Assembly (NCBI GenBank): GCA_043228905.1 | Contig: JBHGNT010000007.1 | Coordinates: 9,796,001 to 9,860,000 of the forward strand | Direction of reading: 5' to 3' | Length of the DNA stretch: 64,000 nucleotides | Source of the DNA: Azolla caroliniana | Taxonomy: Eukaryota; Plantae; Polypodiophyta | Part shown: piece after piece, positions 48,531-61,922 of the stretch | How positions within the stretch are numbered: the first letter of the stretch is position 1 | Layout: every line of letters begins with the position of its first letter | The notes under the pieces: model-generated | The model's database searches: none | Told to the model about the DNA's origin: nothing | The model's input: only the letters and a program-made list of their open reading frames with translations | Made by a program: the position numbers and the translations under genes

Positions 48531-51500
48531 CTGCTCAAGTCTGGAAGAAAAGAAGATTGATGATGACATCATTGATGAACTAGCGAAGAAGTTCGAGATG
48601 GTCACACTACCCAACATGAATCGTCGGGGCCCCAAAGGAAAAGAACCCTTTAGATGTGTGTGGTGCGATAGCATGGACACATGAGAAGGGATTGCGTGAG
48701 CCTTCGAGATGCCATCCGACAAAATATCGTAGACATGGATGACCACATGATCTGCTCAAGTGAAACTCGAAGACCCTTGCGGGTGAATTTCGGAAGAGGG
48801 GGTATGAAGAAATCTATGGAAGATGCTGAGGCGACTCATGTGGATGCGATGCACTATGCTGCATCAGCTGGAATTAGAGTCGAAAAAGATAAAAATGAAG
48901 CTACTAGAAGGGGAACAAAGTTTTAGTCTTCTAATCTTGAGTGTAAGAAGAAGGGCAAAGTTACTTCGGACGATGTAGAGCTTGCAGACCGAAGTGTACA
49001 AAGTATCACCAGATGGTCGGATACGGTGATACTCGCGAGTATGGTGACAACACCATACTCGCGGAAGTGATGTGTGACAACCACGAGGTGTGCGTGGATG
49101 AAAAGAGAAAAAGAATGGAAGGGCAAGATAGCCCATCAAAAAGACATAAACAAGGAGCATGAGAAAGAAAGGAGATGCAGAAACAACTCGAGCTTTATGA
49201 ATGAAGGATGGAGACTCAAGCCGGAAAAAGGAGTCAAGCAAACGAGTCGAAGAAACGGTACAGCCCATGAAGGTTGGTCTCGAAGACCCCGCTCGGAAGA
49301 CAAGAACTATGCCTACCTATAAACTTGAAGAAGATTCTCAAGGAACGTGTTCTTGATAGCCACGTGACCTTGTCCTTGAGGGAATTGCTCGGCATTACGA
49401 AGAAGGAGTTCCATGATACGATTGTGGACCTCGTAAAGAGAAAAAGGCAACAATCAGAGGAAGAAGAAGAGAAGCCACTACAAGCAAAAGTGAATGTCAT
49501 AACGATGGCAAGGGACGAAGTCAAGGAAGATATGGTGGACAGCCACTATACTCGGCCTCATTGGGCGTGAGCAACGACGGAGACACCAGTAAAGTTGGGG
49601 GAAAGAAAAGAGACAGTCGTAGCATTAATAGACCATGGGTCCGAAATCAACCTTATGTCGACTAAGGTCTACAGGAAGGGACAATGGCCCATAAATACGA
49701 ATCATGGGTTGAAGATCCGTGCTGCTACAAAAGCTACCAAAGACTTGTATGGGGCATGTCCTAACATCCCCATCACGATTGGCGATGTCGAGATAGATCA
49801 ACATTTTTTTGTTCAAGGCTCAGCGCTCCATCCCATCATTCTTGGGCAACCGTACATAACATCATCACGAATGGAAACCAAAGTGTTCATCAATGGTGCG
49901 GCATTTGCTCGAGTTAGGAGTCTTGATGGGAAGAAGGTCGTACAATTCTTGACTATACATGCCAACCATGAAAGGAATCGGGATTGTCTCGGAGAAGATG
50001 CTTCGGATTTTAGAGTGGTTGAAGCATGGGGCACAAATAGTCAGAGTGATCACAAGTCCCCATAAGAAAGTAGAGCGCGTGGATTGCGAGGAGAAGCAAC
50101 ATGTGTCACACCTAGTGGCACATGTAAACTAGTACTTCCCAACAAGAAGGACAAGCATTGGATACAAGACTTCGAGAAGATTCTAAAAGAAGAAAACATA
50201 ATAGAACAAGAAGAGTTCGTGACTCATATTATGGAAGAAACCTCATTTAACGACACCATCGGCGAAATCGAGGAAGTCATGGACTTGAGTTATCTTCACG
50301 ATCAACACGTGATTTCGGTTAACTCCGTCAACATGTACGCTATCATCGATGAATACCACCGTGCCATCTTGATGGAGGAAGCTAAAGTCAACACAAAGTA
50401 TAAAATGGTGGCTAAGAAGATCAAGCCAGTTGCGGTTCCGCTATCGGAAGATAGCTGGCAAAAGATGAAGGAAGTCACCAATGATCCAAGCTTAAGGGAT
50501 CCGAAGGCAATAGTCCATGTCTTCACCGAAGAGACGAAAGGAAAGCTATGAGTTGGAAGGGAGTATTTCCTCCTCCCTGAAGAGGAGCGAATGTTTTGCG
50601 ACATGGTTGAGAGACATGTGAAGGCTTTCGCATTTTTCCCACAAGAAATCAGATTGCTGATCCAAGGACAATAGAGCCGATTGTAATCTTCACAGTGCTG
50701 CATGTGCCTTCAAATTTGAAACCGATACCAGTTCCGAGAGCACACCTACCGAAGCTGATCGAGCTCTTAAAGGAGAAGGTGAATATGGGAATTCTGGAAC
50801 TGTCAAATGCTCCTTATTCTAATAGGTGGTTCACGGTGCTGAAGAAGAATGGATCATTGTGATTCATCCAAGATCTTCAACCCGTCAACAAGCTGACAAT
50901 TCGGAATGCTGGAATTAGTCCGAGCGTGGACAAATTTGCCGAGGCGTTTGCGGGGTGGTCCATCTACTCCATTGGCGATCTGTACTCTGGATACAACCAA
51001 TTCTAGTTGGCGATCGACAGTCATGACATTACAACCATGAGGACTCCGATCGGGCTCGTGCGGATGTGTACCTTGCCTCAAGGTGCAACGAACTCGGTGG
51101 CTCATATGGTGAATACCATGAACAAGGTCTTGAAGGATTGCATCCCAAACATCACGATGCCATTCTTGGATGATATTCCGATAAAAGGATGTTCGGATCA
51201 GGAGAAAGATGAATCGAAAGATAAGGAAGGGTGTCGGAAGTTCGTCGCGGATCATATGAAAGATTGTGAGAAGGTACTCCAAAGGCTCGAAGATGCGAAT
51301 TTGACATTTTCGGGAGAAAAATCTGCATTCGGGCAACCAGAGATCTTGGTGGTAGGTCACTTGTTCGGATCATATGGCCGGAAGCCTTCGCCATCCAAGG
51401 TGAACGCGATCCAGGATATGAAAGAAGAATGCGTAAACCAAACGGAGGTTCGAAGGTTCCTTGGAGCATGCGTGTTTTATCATATCTGGATTCCGCACTA

Positions 51501-54500
51501 AGCTCACGTCGCCGAGCCTTTATATGGATTGCTAAAGAGAAGAATGAAGTTCGAAGGGCGAGATGAGCACACAAACGTTGTCGCATCGATCTCGGCGTAC
51601 GAGAGCAAACGAAAAGAAAATCGTGTATCCGGGAAGTAAGCACCAGGCTTCTTGTCAAAGAAAGAGGAGAAAAGGAAATAACTTGTATTGATATTTGAAG
51701 ATGATTACAAAATATTTCTTGTAAAATAACATAGCTTGTCGCTCCTATTACAGTAATATTCCTCGTCTCATGTTCTCCCCTTCACTCTTTTCCCTTTCCC
51801 TCTTTAAATAGGTGCCCCCATGCATATGATGCATGTGAGGGTACAAGACATACATGTAGTGCATGAAATGCATGTGATGCATGATCGCCATTTGGCGTTC
51901 ATGCATTACATGTGATGCATGATAGACATCCCACACATTTGAGCTTTCATGTATGAAAATATATATGGCATAAGTACAAACATTAAAATATAGCTAAAAG
52001 GATAAATGACCTAGCCTAATGGTATGTGCCTTGTGTTTGGTATGTGAGGTTGTGGGTTCAAGTCTCTCGAATGTTATTCAATACATTATTTTAGTTTATT
52101 TTTCTATCATGAAGCAAATCCTTCATGACACCTAAACCCCCACACACTCCTATTCATCGAGGCTTCACACTTTATATAACCTTTTACAAACATTTGAATA
52201 AGCTCATATAAATTGGTAGAGGTAACTTTCTCATCGTGGCATGGAAATGTCACGACATCCTCTAGACCTGCGCATCCTCTGACATGCGCCAATGAATGTC
52301 TCCTTCTTCAGGTTCATGGATGTCATCTTCGTTGAGGAAGTTAGTGCTTTGATCTTCCCTTCTCTTGAATAGCTTAATTCGTCTTCTTGTAATTGGTAAC
52401 TTTAAAGCAACTCCATCCATTTCAGTTAGGAAATATCTTGCATTTTTATTCACTTGTCTAATAATATATGGCCCGAACCATCTTTTGGCAAATTTGCGAG
52501 AAGTCCTATGTTGGTTATCCAAGCTGCTATCATAAACTATGACCCAATCACCTTCTTGGAGCTTTCTTGGTCAAAGGCGATGGGTTTTATCAAATCTTTC
52601 TTTGTTCCATAGTCGACATTGTTTCATCCTTTCTGTAGCTATTTGAACATCTTCATCCCTTCTTTGTAGTTGTCTTATTCTAAGAGCAAGCAAATCTTCT
52701 CGACTCATTTCATCTGCCCATGGCAAGGCAACCCATGAAAATACCGATCACTCTATTGGCATAATTGTTTTTTGACCAAGTATCAATTCTGATGGCATAA
52801 AGCCAGTTACGGAACTGTGAGTAGTGCGGTCAGCCCATAGTGCGTACGGTCACAAATGAGGCAAGTTAGCTATCTTGCCATCACAAGCTTTCACCAAAGC
52901 TTTTACTATAGGGATATGTCCACGCTCAGCCTTCCCATTAGCTTCAGGGTTATATGCCATAGTTAAGGACAATCGAATTCACATTCTTGAAAAAAATTGT
53001 TCAGCTTCGTTAGAATCTAGTTCTCCTCTGTCTGCAACAATCTTCCCAATGCACCCGTACCTACATATCACATCTTCAAGAAGGAACTTACAAACAACTG
53101 AAGTGGTTTTTTGGCGTAGGGCTCAGCCTTCCACTTGATTTTTTAAATCTTCTTTTGCCAATACAAGATATCTCATTTGCCAAACCCCCACAGGCATCAT
53201 TACAATATCCACAACCCATTTATAATGTAGAGATAAAGAATAAGTAGGTTGCAACCCATCACGATGCCGAATATTCGAATACATTTGGCAGTTCTCACAT
53301 GATTGTACATAATCTGCAACATCATTGTACACTCCAACCCACCAAAACTTCTCTTTTAATTTTGAGTAGGTGGCCCAAACTCCACGATGACCTGCCCATA
53401 AAGTATCATGAAATTCAAATATTAGTTTTTGTTGCTCTTCCCTTCTTCCAACCACTCTTTGTGGAATCCCTTTCACAACTTTTGGATGTCTCCAAAGATA
53501 TCCTTCATGAAGAAAAAATTTATAATCTTTCTTTCTTATTTTATGAAATAGCTCCCTTGATCATGTTCCATCTTTCTCATGAGTACTCAAGTATTTTCCA
53601 ATTTGTAACATCTCCCCCTCGTACTCAGATTCACAAAGAATAACATGAACACCCAAATCACATGACTGCTTCAAGTTACAATTTATGGAAAAGAAATCAA
53701 AACTCTCATCTTCTTCATCACTCATTACCATAGTATTTTTACCTTTAAACCTCGCTCTTAAGAGCATATCCGCAACTGGGTTATCCGTTCCTGCAATGTG
53801 CTTGATTTCAGGACATAGTGATTTTATGTGGGCTATCCATCTAAGGATAGCTATATCAAATGTTTCACAACTTGAAATCATTCCTCGCAATGGACGACAA
53901 TCTATTTCAACCACAACTTCAGCACCAATTAAGTATTCATGATCTGTTTTAATAGCTGTTAACATACCCCATAACTCTCTTTTAATCTGTGGGTAAGCTC
54001 TTTGGCGTTCTATTAAGATTTTTGCACCAAATCGAACTGCGTATCTCAACCCATCCTTCTCTTCTTGGTTAACAGCCCAACTGATCCCGATTGGACTTGT
54101 ATACACAGTAACAATGATGGGGTGTTCACTATCATACCTAGCCTTCCGTAAAATCGGGGCATTCAACAACATTTCCTTTAGTTGGCGAATTGCATTTGTA
54201 TGTACATTAGTACAAAGGAAACTTGAATTCTTCTTAAGCAACCCATAAAGCGGATCAGTCACATGTGCGAAATGTGGAATCCAAATTTGGTAAAACACAC
54301 ACGCACCCAAAAACCTACGCACTTCTGTTAGAGATTTACAATCATCCTTTAGATTTTAAATTGCATTTACCTTAATTGGGGATGGCTTTCTTCCGTAGGG
54401 TCCACACATGTGCCCTACAATCAGAACTTCAGGAACCCCAAACATAGATTTTTGACCTGAAAATGTAAGATGAACCTCTTCTAACCTTGAAAGGATTCTT

Positions 54501-57500
54501 TCACAAGCATCAATGTGGTCTGCAACAAACTTTCTACATCCGTTCGCCATGAGTTTTTCATCCTTCTTATTCATCAAGCATCCTTTTATTGGAACATCAT
54601 CTAGAAAAGGCATAGTTATTTTTGGCACAAAATCTCTTAAAATTTTATTCATAGCATTCACCATATGTGCCACTGAATTTGTAGCACCTTGAGGCCATGT
54701 ACACATTCGCATCAATCCAATTGGTGTTCTTATAGTAGTTATATCACGACTATCAATGGCCTAATTCCATCTATTATTGCATCATGAAATTCTTTTTTCG
54801 CTATGCCCAAAAGTTCCCTCAAGGAAAGTTCAACTTTGCTATCTAAAATTCTTTCTTCCAATACTTTTTTTAAATCAGTTGAAGCATCAATATTAGATAA
54901 TAATTTGAACGAGGGACTCTTCTTATCCTTACCTTTTTCAATGTCAGGGTTTACCATTTTTGGACCTTTTGTCTCCCTCTTTTTAGCGCTTCTTAACTCC
55001 CTCTTCTTGTTATCTTCATTTTCCGCCCATTTCTATTTCTCTTAGATGATCACTTCATGAGCTTGGGTTGTTGCAACCTTCGCAAAAGCTGAGAGGCCAT
55101 CGACTGGGTCTTCCCAACCAGTTTTGCTTCGGATAGCATCACCTCCAGACTTCAACTTTTCAAACTCGATTTTACCCTTTCTTGCAGCTTTCAAAATATA
55201 TAGCCAAAATTCAGATTCGGATCCTCCTTCACCAACATGGATGACTATAGTTGTAGGTTGATAAACAGCTTGTGTCCTAGTTATTTATGCATCTTCGATG
55301 ATCCTTCTCATACCACCTCTTCTAAAGTTAGTTCAAAGAGGTAATCGAGTTTCAGAAGAATGAATCTTACCATCTTTGAAGAATATCAACCCTCTTTCTA
55401 TCGCTTCTTGATAGTTATCACACCCTCCTCTTGAATGGTCGACGCTATCACACCATATGCATCTTCTTTCATAATCTTTTTGGGGTTGTGAGGATTTTTC
55501 TTCTTGTAGCTTTGCCACATGTAATGAAAGATCTTTTATACCTTTGATAAGATCGTCCATCACTATTTTGGGTACCTTGGAAATAGTTGACGGACTCCCA
55601 ATATCCTCCCTGATGGTTGTCTTCACATCTTTCATAACTCCGGCAGTCAAAAGATCCTCACACCATTGGGCTCTTTTGTTGATTCTGTTGCAAGCTTCAT
55701 GGACTTGATTCCAATCAGACACTAGTCCAGTGGGTGTAGTCCAATCTTCAAGGAATGCAACGAACTTTCTCGATAGGATCGGTCTGATGCCTTCAAGAAT
55801 AATATGACCTTCTCTTGTTCCAAAAGAGTCCTTTCGGTCGTTGTTAATTGATTATAACGAGCTTCAAACTCTTTCAGCAACTCCATCACCGAAATCTTCT
55901 TGTCCTCTTTGTCCACCCAATCCAAGAAACTCCTCCTTGATGCTCAGATTGTATCACCAAGCATGTATTCATTTAATAAATCTTGCTCAAATGCAACCCA
56001 ATCATTAGAACTTGTTGCGAGTTCAGAGACTCTATTTCTCAAAGGGAGTTCAACCATCCTCAAAAAATTCATTTGAACATTATGTTGATTTAATCATTTA
56101 CTACCCATCTCAGTAAAATATACTTGTAAGAATTTAGTTATATTTTTACCTTCAAAGAGACCTATTTTCTCTACAAGCTTGTCAATAGCATGATCGATTC
56201 GTTGAAGAGCAGTTGCACATTCTTGGCTTTGCATCATTCTTTCAATCATTTGAAGCACCACGTTGATTTGTGGCTCCACAACGACTTCTTGGTTGATTCG
56301 TGGCTCCGAGACTGCTTGTTGGTTCTCCATCTCTCTTAACTTCCCGTTTCACATCGGGTTCACCACTGTCGCGTTGATCTCGGCGTACGAGACCAAACGA
56401 AAAGAAAATCGCATATCCAGGAAGTAAGAACCAAGCTTCTTGTCAAAGAAAGAGGAGAAAAGGAAATAACTTGTATTGATATTTGAAGATGATTACAAAA
56501 TATTTCTTGTACAATAATATAGCTTGTCCCTCCTATTACAGTAATATTCCTCGTCTCATGTTCTCCCCTTCACTCTTTTCCCTTTCCCTCTTTAAATAGG
56601 TGCCCCCATGCATATGATCCATGTGAGGGTACAAGACATGCATGTAGTGCATGAAATGCATGTGCTGCATGATCGCCATTTGGCGTTCATATATTACATG
56701 TGATGCATGATAGACATCCCACGCATTTGAGCTTTCATGTATGAAAATATACATGGCATAAGTACAAACATTAAAATATAGCTTTAAAAGAACAAATGAC
56801 CTAGCCTAATGGTATGTGCCTTGTGTTTTGTATGTGAGGTCGTGGGTTGAAATCTCTCGAATGTTATTCAATACATTATTTTAGTTTATTTTTCTGTCGT
56901 GAAGCAAATCCTTCACGACACCTAAACCCCCACACACTCCTATTCATCGAGGCTTCACACTTTATATAACCTTTTACAAATATTTGAATAAGCTCATATA
57001 AATTGGTAGAGGTTATTTTCTCATCGTGGCATGGAAATGTCACGACAACGCAATGCGAAGATTGAAGAAACTACTTCTTGAAGCTCCAGCACTAAGAAAG
57101 GCCGACTATACCGAAGGGAAGCCAATTTATGTGACTGTAGATACGAGCCCAACCGGAATCGGGTGGGTCATCAACCAAGAAGGAGAAGATAATGTGTGGT
57201 ATGCCATCCGGTTCGGAGCAAAGGTTCTCATCAAACGACAATGAGGATATGCCCAAGTCAAGCGGGAACTTTGGGGTATTGTGTCAGCAGTGAAGACGGA
57301 CAAAGACTACCTGATCGGGTCGGAAGTGATAATTGAGACAGATTGTCTCCCAATCCTCGGGATGATCTCAGGATGTACGACCCCAGATCTAGCTATGCTA
57401 AGGTGGATTGCCTATATCAAGTCTTTAAGCCAGTGATCCGCCACATTGCAAGGAAGAAGAACACCATGGCTGACATGTTGTCGAGGGCAAGATTTAAGAA

Positions 57501-57738
57501 TGAAGGGGACATAGTTTCGGAAGATGAAGACGTCACCCTCGACTATCGATGAAAGACAAGGGCATGCTAACCCTCCACGCCTTCAACGAGGACGAGTACG
57601 AAGGAGAGTGGTTACTGATCGGCAGATTCTTAAGAACAATGACGACGGATGCTTCATTGACGAAGGAGGAGGCTCTACGAATCCGGAAGAAAGCTTACCA
57701 TTACTTCTTGAGGGGAGGATTCTTGGGTGAAAGCATGC
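48531..57738 (+). pseudogene. pol: Gypsy A remainder (gag end, PR, RT, RH), split by Gypsy C and truncated before integrase
   Basis: ALIDHGSEINL, LPQGATNSV, PFLDDIPIKG, then HTN|AMRRLKKLLLEAPALRK...TVDTSPTGIG after Gypsy C. Confidence 0.85.
51579..57047 (-). mobile_element. Gypsy C (tRNA-Trp primed), internally deleted
   Basis: LTRs 51579-52257 and 56367-57047, 4-bp TSD acgt/acgc, PBS 56348-56365. Gag jumps to mid-RT at ~54765 (protease lost); RH and IN remnants present. Confidence 0.92.
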
Positions 57739-58078
57739 GAGTGGAAACAATTAGCTATGTCCTTGACATAGCTAATTAGCTATGCAAAAAGCTACCATTG
57801 ATAAATAGTCCTTTTAGTAAAAAGCCATCATTAATAAATTAAGTATGCAAAAAACTACCATTGAAAATACTAGAGTGTTTTAATTACATATGTAAATGAG
57901 TGCCATAAATGTGCAACATAAATTGATGTGTGCACCATAAATGTGTACCATAAATTATATATCGAATTCCTAGGTCCATTATGCATGATCCTTTGCCACA
58001 TCACGTGGGCCATCTCTAGTTGAGTATTGTGGGTTATTTGCTACCACTGTTGCTAAACCCTATCGAGTCCACCTGCCG

Positions 58079-58690
58079 CCACTCTACACTGAGGGGCCGC
58101 TACTCTGCGTTCCAAGCATCATCAAAGAGCTGTTCAATCTGACGGGGTTCTCTTCTCTGTGACACTCTACACTCAGGGGCCACTACTGTGCATTCCAAGC
58201 ATCATCAAAGAGCTGTTCAATCTGACGGGGTTCTCTTCTCTGTGCCACTCTACACTCAGGGGCCACTACTATGCGTTCCAAGCATCATCAAAGAGTTGTT
58301 CAATCTGACGGGGTTCTCTTCTCTGTGCCACTCTACACTCAAGGGCCGCTACTGTGCGTTCCAAGCATCATCAAAGAGTTGTTCAATCTGACAGGGTTCT
58401 CTTCTCTTTGTCACTCTACACTCAAGGGCCGCTACTGTGCGTTCCAAGCATCATCAAAGAGCTATTCAATCTGACGGGGTTCTCTTCTCTTTGCCACTCT
58501 CACTCAGGGGCCGCTACTGTGCGTTCCAAGAATAATTGGTAACTGTTCAATCTGACGGGGTTCTCTTCTCTGTGCCACTCTACTCTCAGGTGCCTTCTAT
58601 GTGCGTTCCAAGCATCATCGGTAACTGTTCAATCTGACGGGGTTCTCTCCTCCATTGCCATCATTCTATACTCAGTTGCCGCTACTGTCC
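58079..58690 (+). repeat. 83-bp tandem repeat, about 7 copies
   Basis: Unit ccactctacactcaggggccgctactgtgcgttccaagcatcatcaaagagctgttcaatctgacggggttctcttctctgtg. Confidence 0.9.
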
Positions 58691-58981
58691 AGTCCCGGAT
58701 TGCTTCCACATTTCGATTTGACGGAGTTCACTCATCCAACGGCAACATTCTACACTTAGTTGTCGCCATTGGTCAGTCTTGGATCGCCTCCTTAACTGTT
58801 CGATCCAACGGAGTGAAATCCTCTATTGTTCGGTCTTGGATTGCAATAACTTTTCTGTCTATTGATTATCTTGTGTATCGTTGTGTCTAATCTTGTGTAT
58901 TGTGGAATATTTTTGTGTATTGTTGTTGCCCATAGCCATCTTTAATACTTGTTTTTTTTTCTGGAAATTTAGGGTTTTAAC

Positions 58982-59731
58982 ATGTCCAGCCAAATGGAAG
59001 GGGAGGAAGGGTGTTTAGAATTACCCCTCAATGATCATAAGGATAGGGATGATACTATCAGGACACAACAAGCCATACGAAACTATTGGGCAGAAAAAAA
59101 AAGGAAACATCGTCAATTGTTGAAGGATACGAAAGCCACACTCAGCAAAGGTAAGGATAGTTTAGCTGAGAATGTAAGTAATGCGACTACCATCATAGAG
59201 AGAAAGGTTGTAGACTATTTCAATGTTCAAACCAAGCACATCAGCAATGAAGAAAAGAAGGTAGTACTTTATGGAATATGTAATGATCCATCGATAAAGG
59301 ACTTAGTTGATTGTGATGGTCTTAATGCAAACATATCATCTATTTTAGTAAATAATCTTCATAATAGTTTCGTATCCATGAGCAGGTCAGAAGATGATCT
59401 TGTCTTAAAAAGGTCTAGTCTAATGATGTTACTTAATAGTGATGTTGACGATATAAACATCAGTGAGCTATCTAAGGTAATTGGTGTTAGTAGAAAAACA
59501 GTGTACAATACAATGAACCGTATAATTTCCTTAGGTGAAGGAACTAGTCTACTAAAGCTAACTACAAGATATAAGCCAATGACACCCATAACATTTGAAA
59601 TCAAGGATGTAATCACAATGTTTTGGACTAATGAGAGTAGGGTTTCACCCAATAAAAAGGATTTATGCAGGAAACGTGTTGGAAGAAATCAATACGAGGA
59701 GCATCCCATTCATCTTCTTGATGTACCTCAG
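58982..59731 (+). CDS. Transposase exon 1 (250 codons; HTH-like ISELSKVIGVSRKTVY, FWTNESRVSPNKKD)
   Basis: Ends CAG|GTATTT; phase-0 splice to 61923. Confidence 0.75.
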
Positions 59732-59774
59732 GTATTTACATTTATCTCAACATTTGTTTTGACTCTACTCGGAA

Positions 59775-61900
59775 AGTTAATTAGCTCAGTTAGCAGAAAA
59801 GCTAATTAGCTTATTAGTTACATTTACCTCAGTTAGCTACTAGGATAGCTACATAGGTAACTCGTTACTCTCAATAGCTACTACCATGATAACTAATTAG
59901 CTATTCTCAATAGCTAATTTAGGTACTACCAGATAATTAGTTGTACTGGTAGCTAGTTAGCTATCATGGTAGCTAGTTAGCTATTTCGTTATTACCAGCT
60001 AATTAGCTACTAGGAAAGCTAATTAGCTACCATGATAGCTAATTAGCTACTAGGATAGCTACTACATAGGTAACTGGCTACTCTCAATAGCTACTACCAT
60101 GGTAGCTAATTAGCTATTCTCAATAGCTAATTTAGGTACTACCAGATAATTAGTTGTACTGGTAGCTAGTTTGCTATTTCATTATTACCAGCTAATTAGC
60201 TACTAGGAAAGCTAATTAGCTACCATGATAGCTAATTAGCTTACTAGGATAGCTAATTAGCCACCGTTGTCGTGAAGATTTTCGGCAATAGTGTGAAAAT
60301 CTCATAAAACGTACGAAATCGAGTATGAATCACATAGTACAATAATTGTGAAGATAACATTTCAAATAGATTTAATATCTAAGTACAAAATGATGGAGGT
60401 TTCGAATGCACTTTATTACACGAGAAACGGACAACTAAATGTCAAGATATGAGGGTATAAAGTTTGTGAAAGGAAAAGAGAAAATTGTGAGATATCCCAC
60501 ATAGGCACGACAAATACAGCTCTCATCATATATAAGGTGGAGCAAAAGATATTATCTTTCTGTCTATGTGTGGAGCATAGAGAGTTCAAGGTAACTTGAA
60601 CTAAGAGTGGAGGTGGGCTAGCTACTCGTAAAGGGTTTTGGCCAACCAAAACCGGACCGGCGATGGAGTCGGTGATCCGACGGCATCCGACGGCAATCCA
60701 GCGACGGTGATCCGATGGCATTCGGCGACGGCATCCGGCACCGGTAATCGACGGCATCCGACGACGGTATCCGGTGACTAGATAAATAAATATATAAATA
60801 TATATACATATTTACATATATAAGGAAGGCAAGTAAGGATTCGAACCTTGCACCTCCAAGTTAGGAGTCAATTGGCTTACCATTAAGCCATGCTATTTAG
60901 TTGAAATTATATTTATATCATTATTCTTTTACATGTAAATTCTCATACATGAGAGCTAAAATGAGTGACATGGTTATCATGCACCACATGTAATACATAA
61001 GCGCCAAATGGCAAACATGCAATTTATGCATGTCTTGTACCCTCACATGCATCATATGGATGAGAGCATCTATAAAAGAGGGAAGGGGGAGGAGAAAAAA
61101 GAGGAGACAGTTTTTTTTTATGAAAATTAAGAGGAAGAAATTCGTTATCAAATTGATCGTGTAACTTGTTTCTTAAATCTAAAGTTAAAACTTCAATCAA
61201 TCTCTCTCAATTGTGTGATCTCAACTTCTCTCTTTCCCAATCTATCTTAAGTACTTTCTCACTAAAGCTTACGCCAAAGCTTGTACCGACTTTGAATCCT
61301 TCCGGTCTAGAACCCCGGCGGTTCCGCCTCACGATCCGCGCGTAGTGATGGATCTTCATGACACCGTGATAGCTAATTAGCTACTAGACCAGCTAATTTG
61401 CTACCATGATAGCTAATTAGTTAGGACAGCTAATTAGTTAGGATAGCTAATTAGCCACCATTATAGCTAATTAGCTACCATGATAGCTAATTAGCTACTA
61501 GACCAGCTAATTAGCTACCATGATAGCTAATTAGTTACTAGAACAGCTAATTAGCCACCATGATAGCTAATTAGCTACTAGACCCGCTAATTAGCTACCA
61601 TGATAGCTAATTAGCTACTAGACCCGCTAATTAGCTACCATGATAGCTAATTAGTTACTAGGAAAGCTAATTAGCCACCATGATAGCTAATTAGCTACTA
61701 GAGCAGCTAATTAGCTACCATGATAGCTAATTAGCTACTACGACGGCTAATTAACGACAGCTAATTAGCTACCATGATAGCTAATTAGCTACTAGGACAA
61801 CTAATTAGCTACTAGGACAGCTAATTAGCTACCATGATAGCTAATTAGCTACTAGAATAGCTAATTAGCTACTAGGATAGTTAGCTAGTTACGAGAATAA
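59775..61900. repeat. Intronic satellite of the palindrome (T)AGCTAATTAGCT(A) with short spacers
   Basis: Dozens of agctaattagct copies alternating with accatgat or actaggac, at 59775-60267 and 61364-61900. Confidence 0.9.
60268..61363 (+). mobile_element. Solo Gypsy LTR (A-related, 1096 bp)
   Basis: TGTCGTGAAG...CTTCATGACA with perfect 4-bp TSD ccgt; 3' end homologous to ~25490-25707. Confidence 0.9.
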
Positions 61901-61922
61901 CTAATTCCCCTTTATTACGCAG

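Noticed and set aside
57739-57790. Exact 5' TIR of the DNA transposon (GAG start)
   Set aside because: The partner end is outside the window, so the boundary cannot be confirmed.
58079-58690. Possible CRISPR array (regular 83-bp period)
   Set aside because: The whole unit repeats with no unique spacers, there are no cas genes, and the context is eukaryotic.
59732-59809. Hydrophobic C-terminus of the 275-aa ORF as a membrane anchor
   Set aside because: It lies past the splice donor and is intron read-through.
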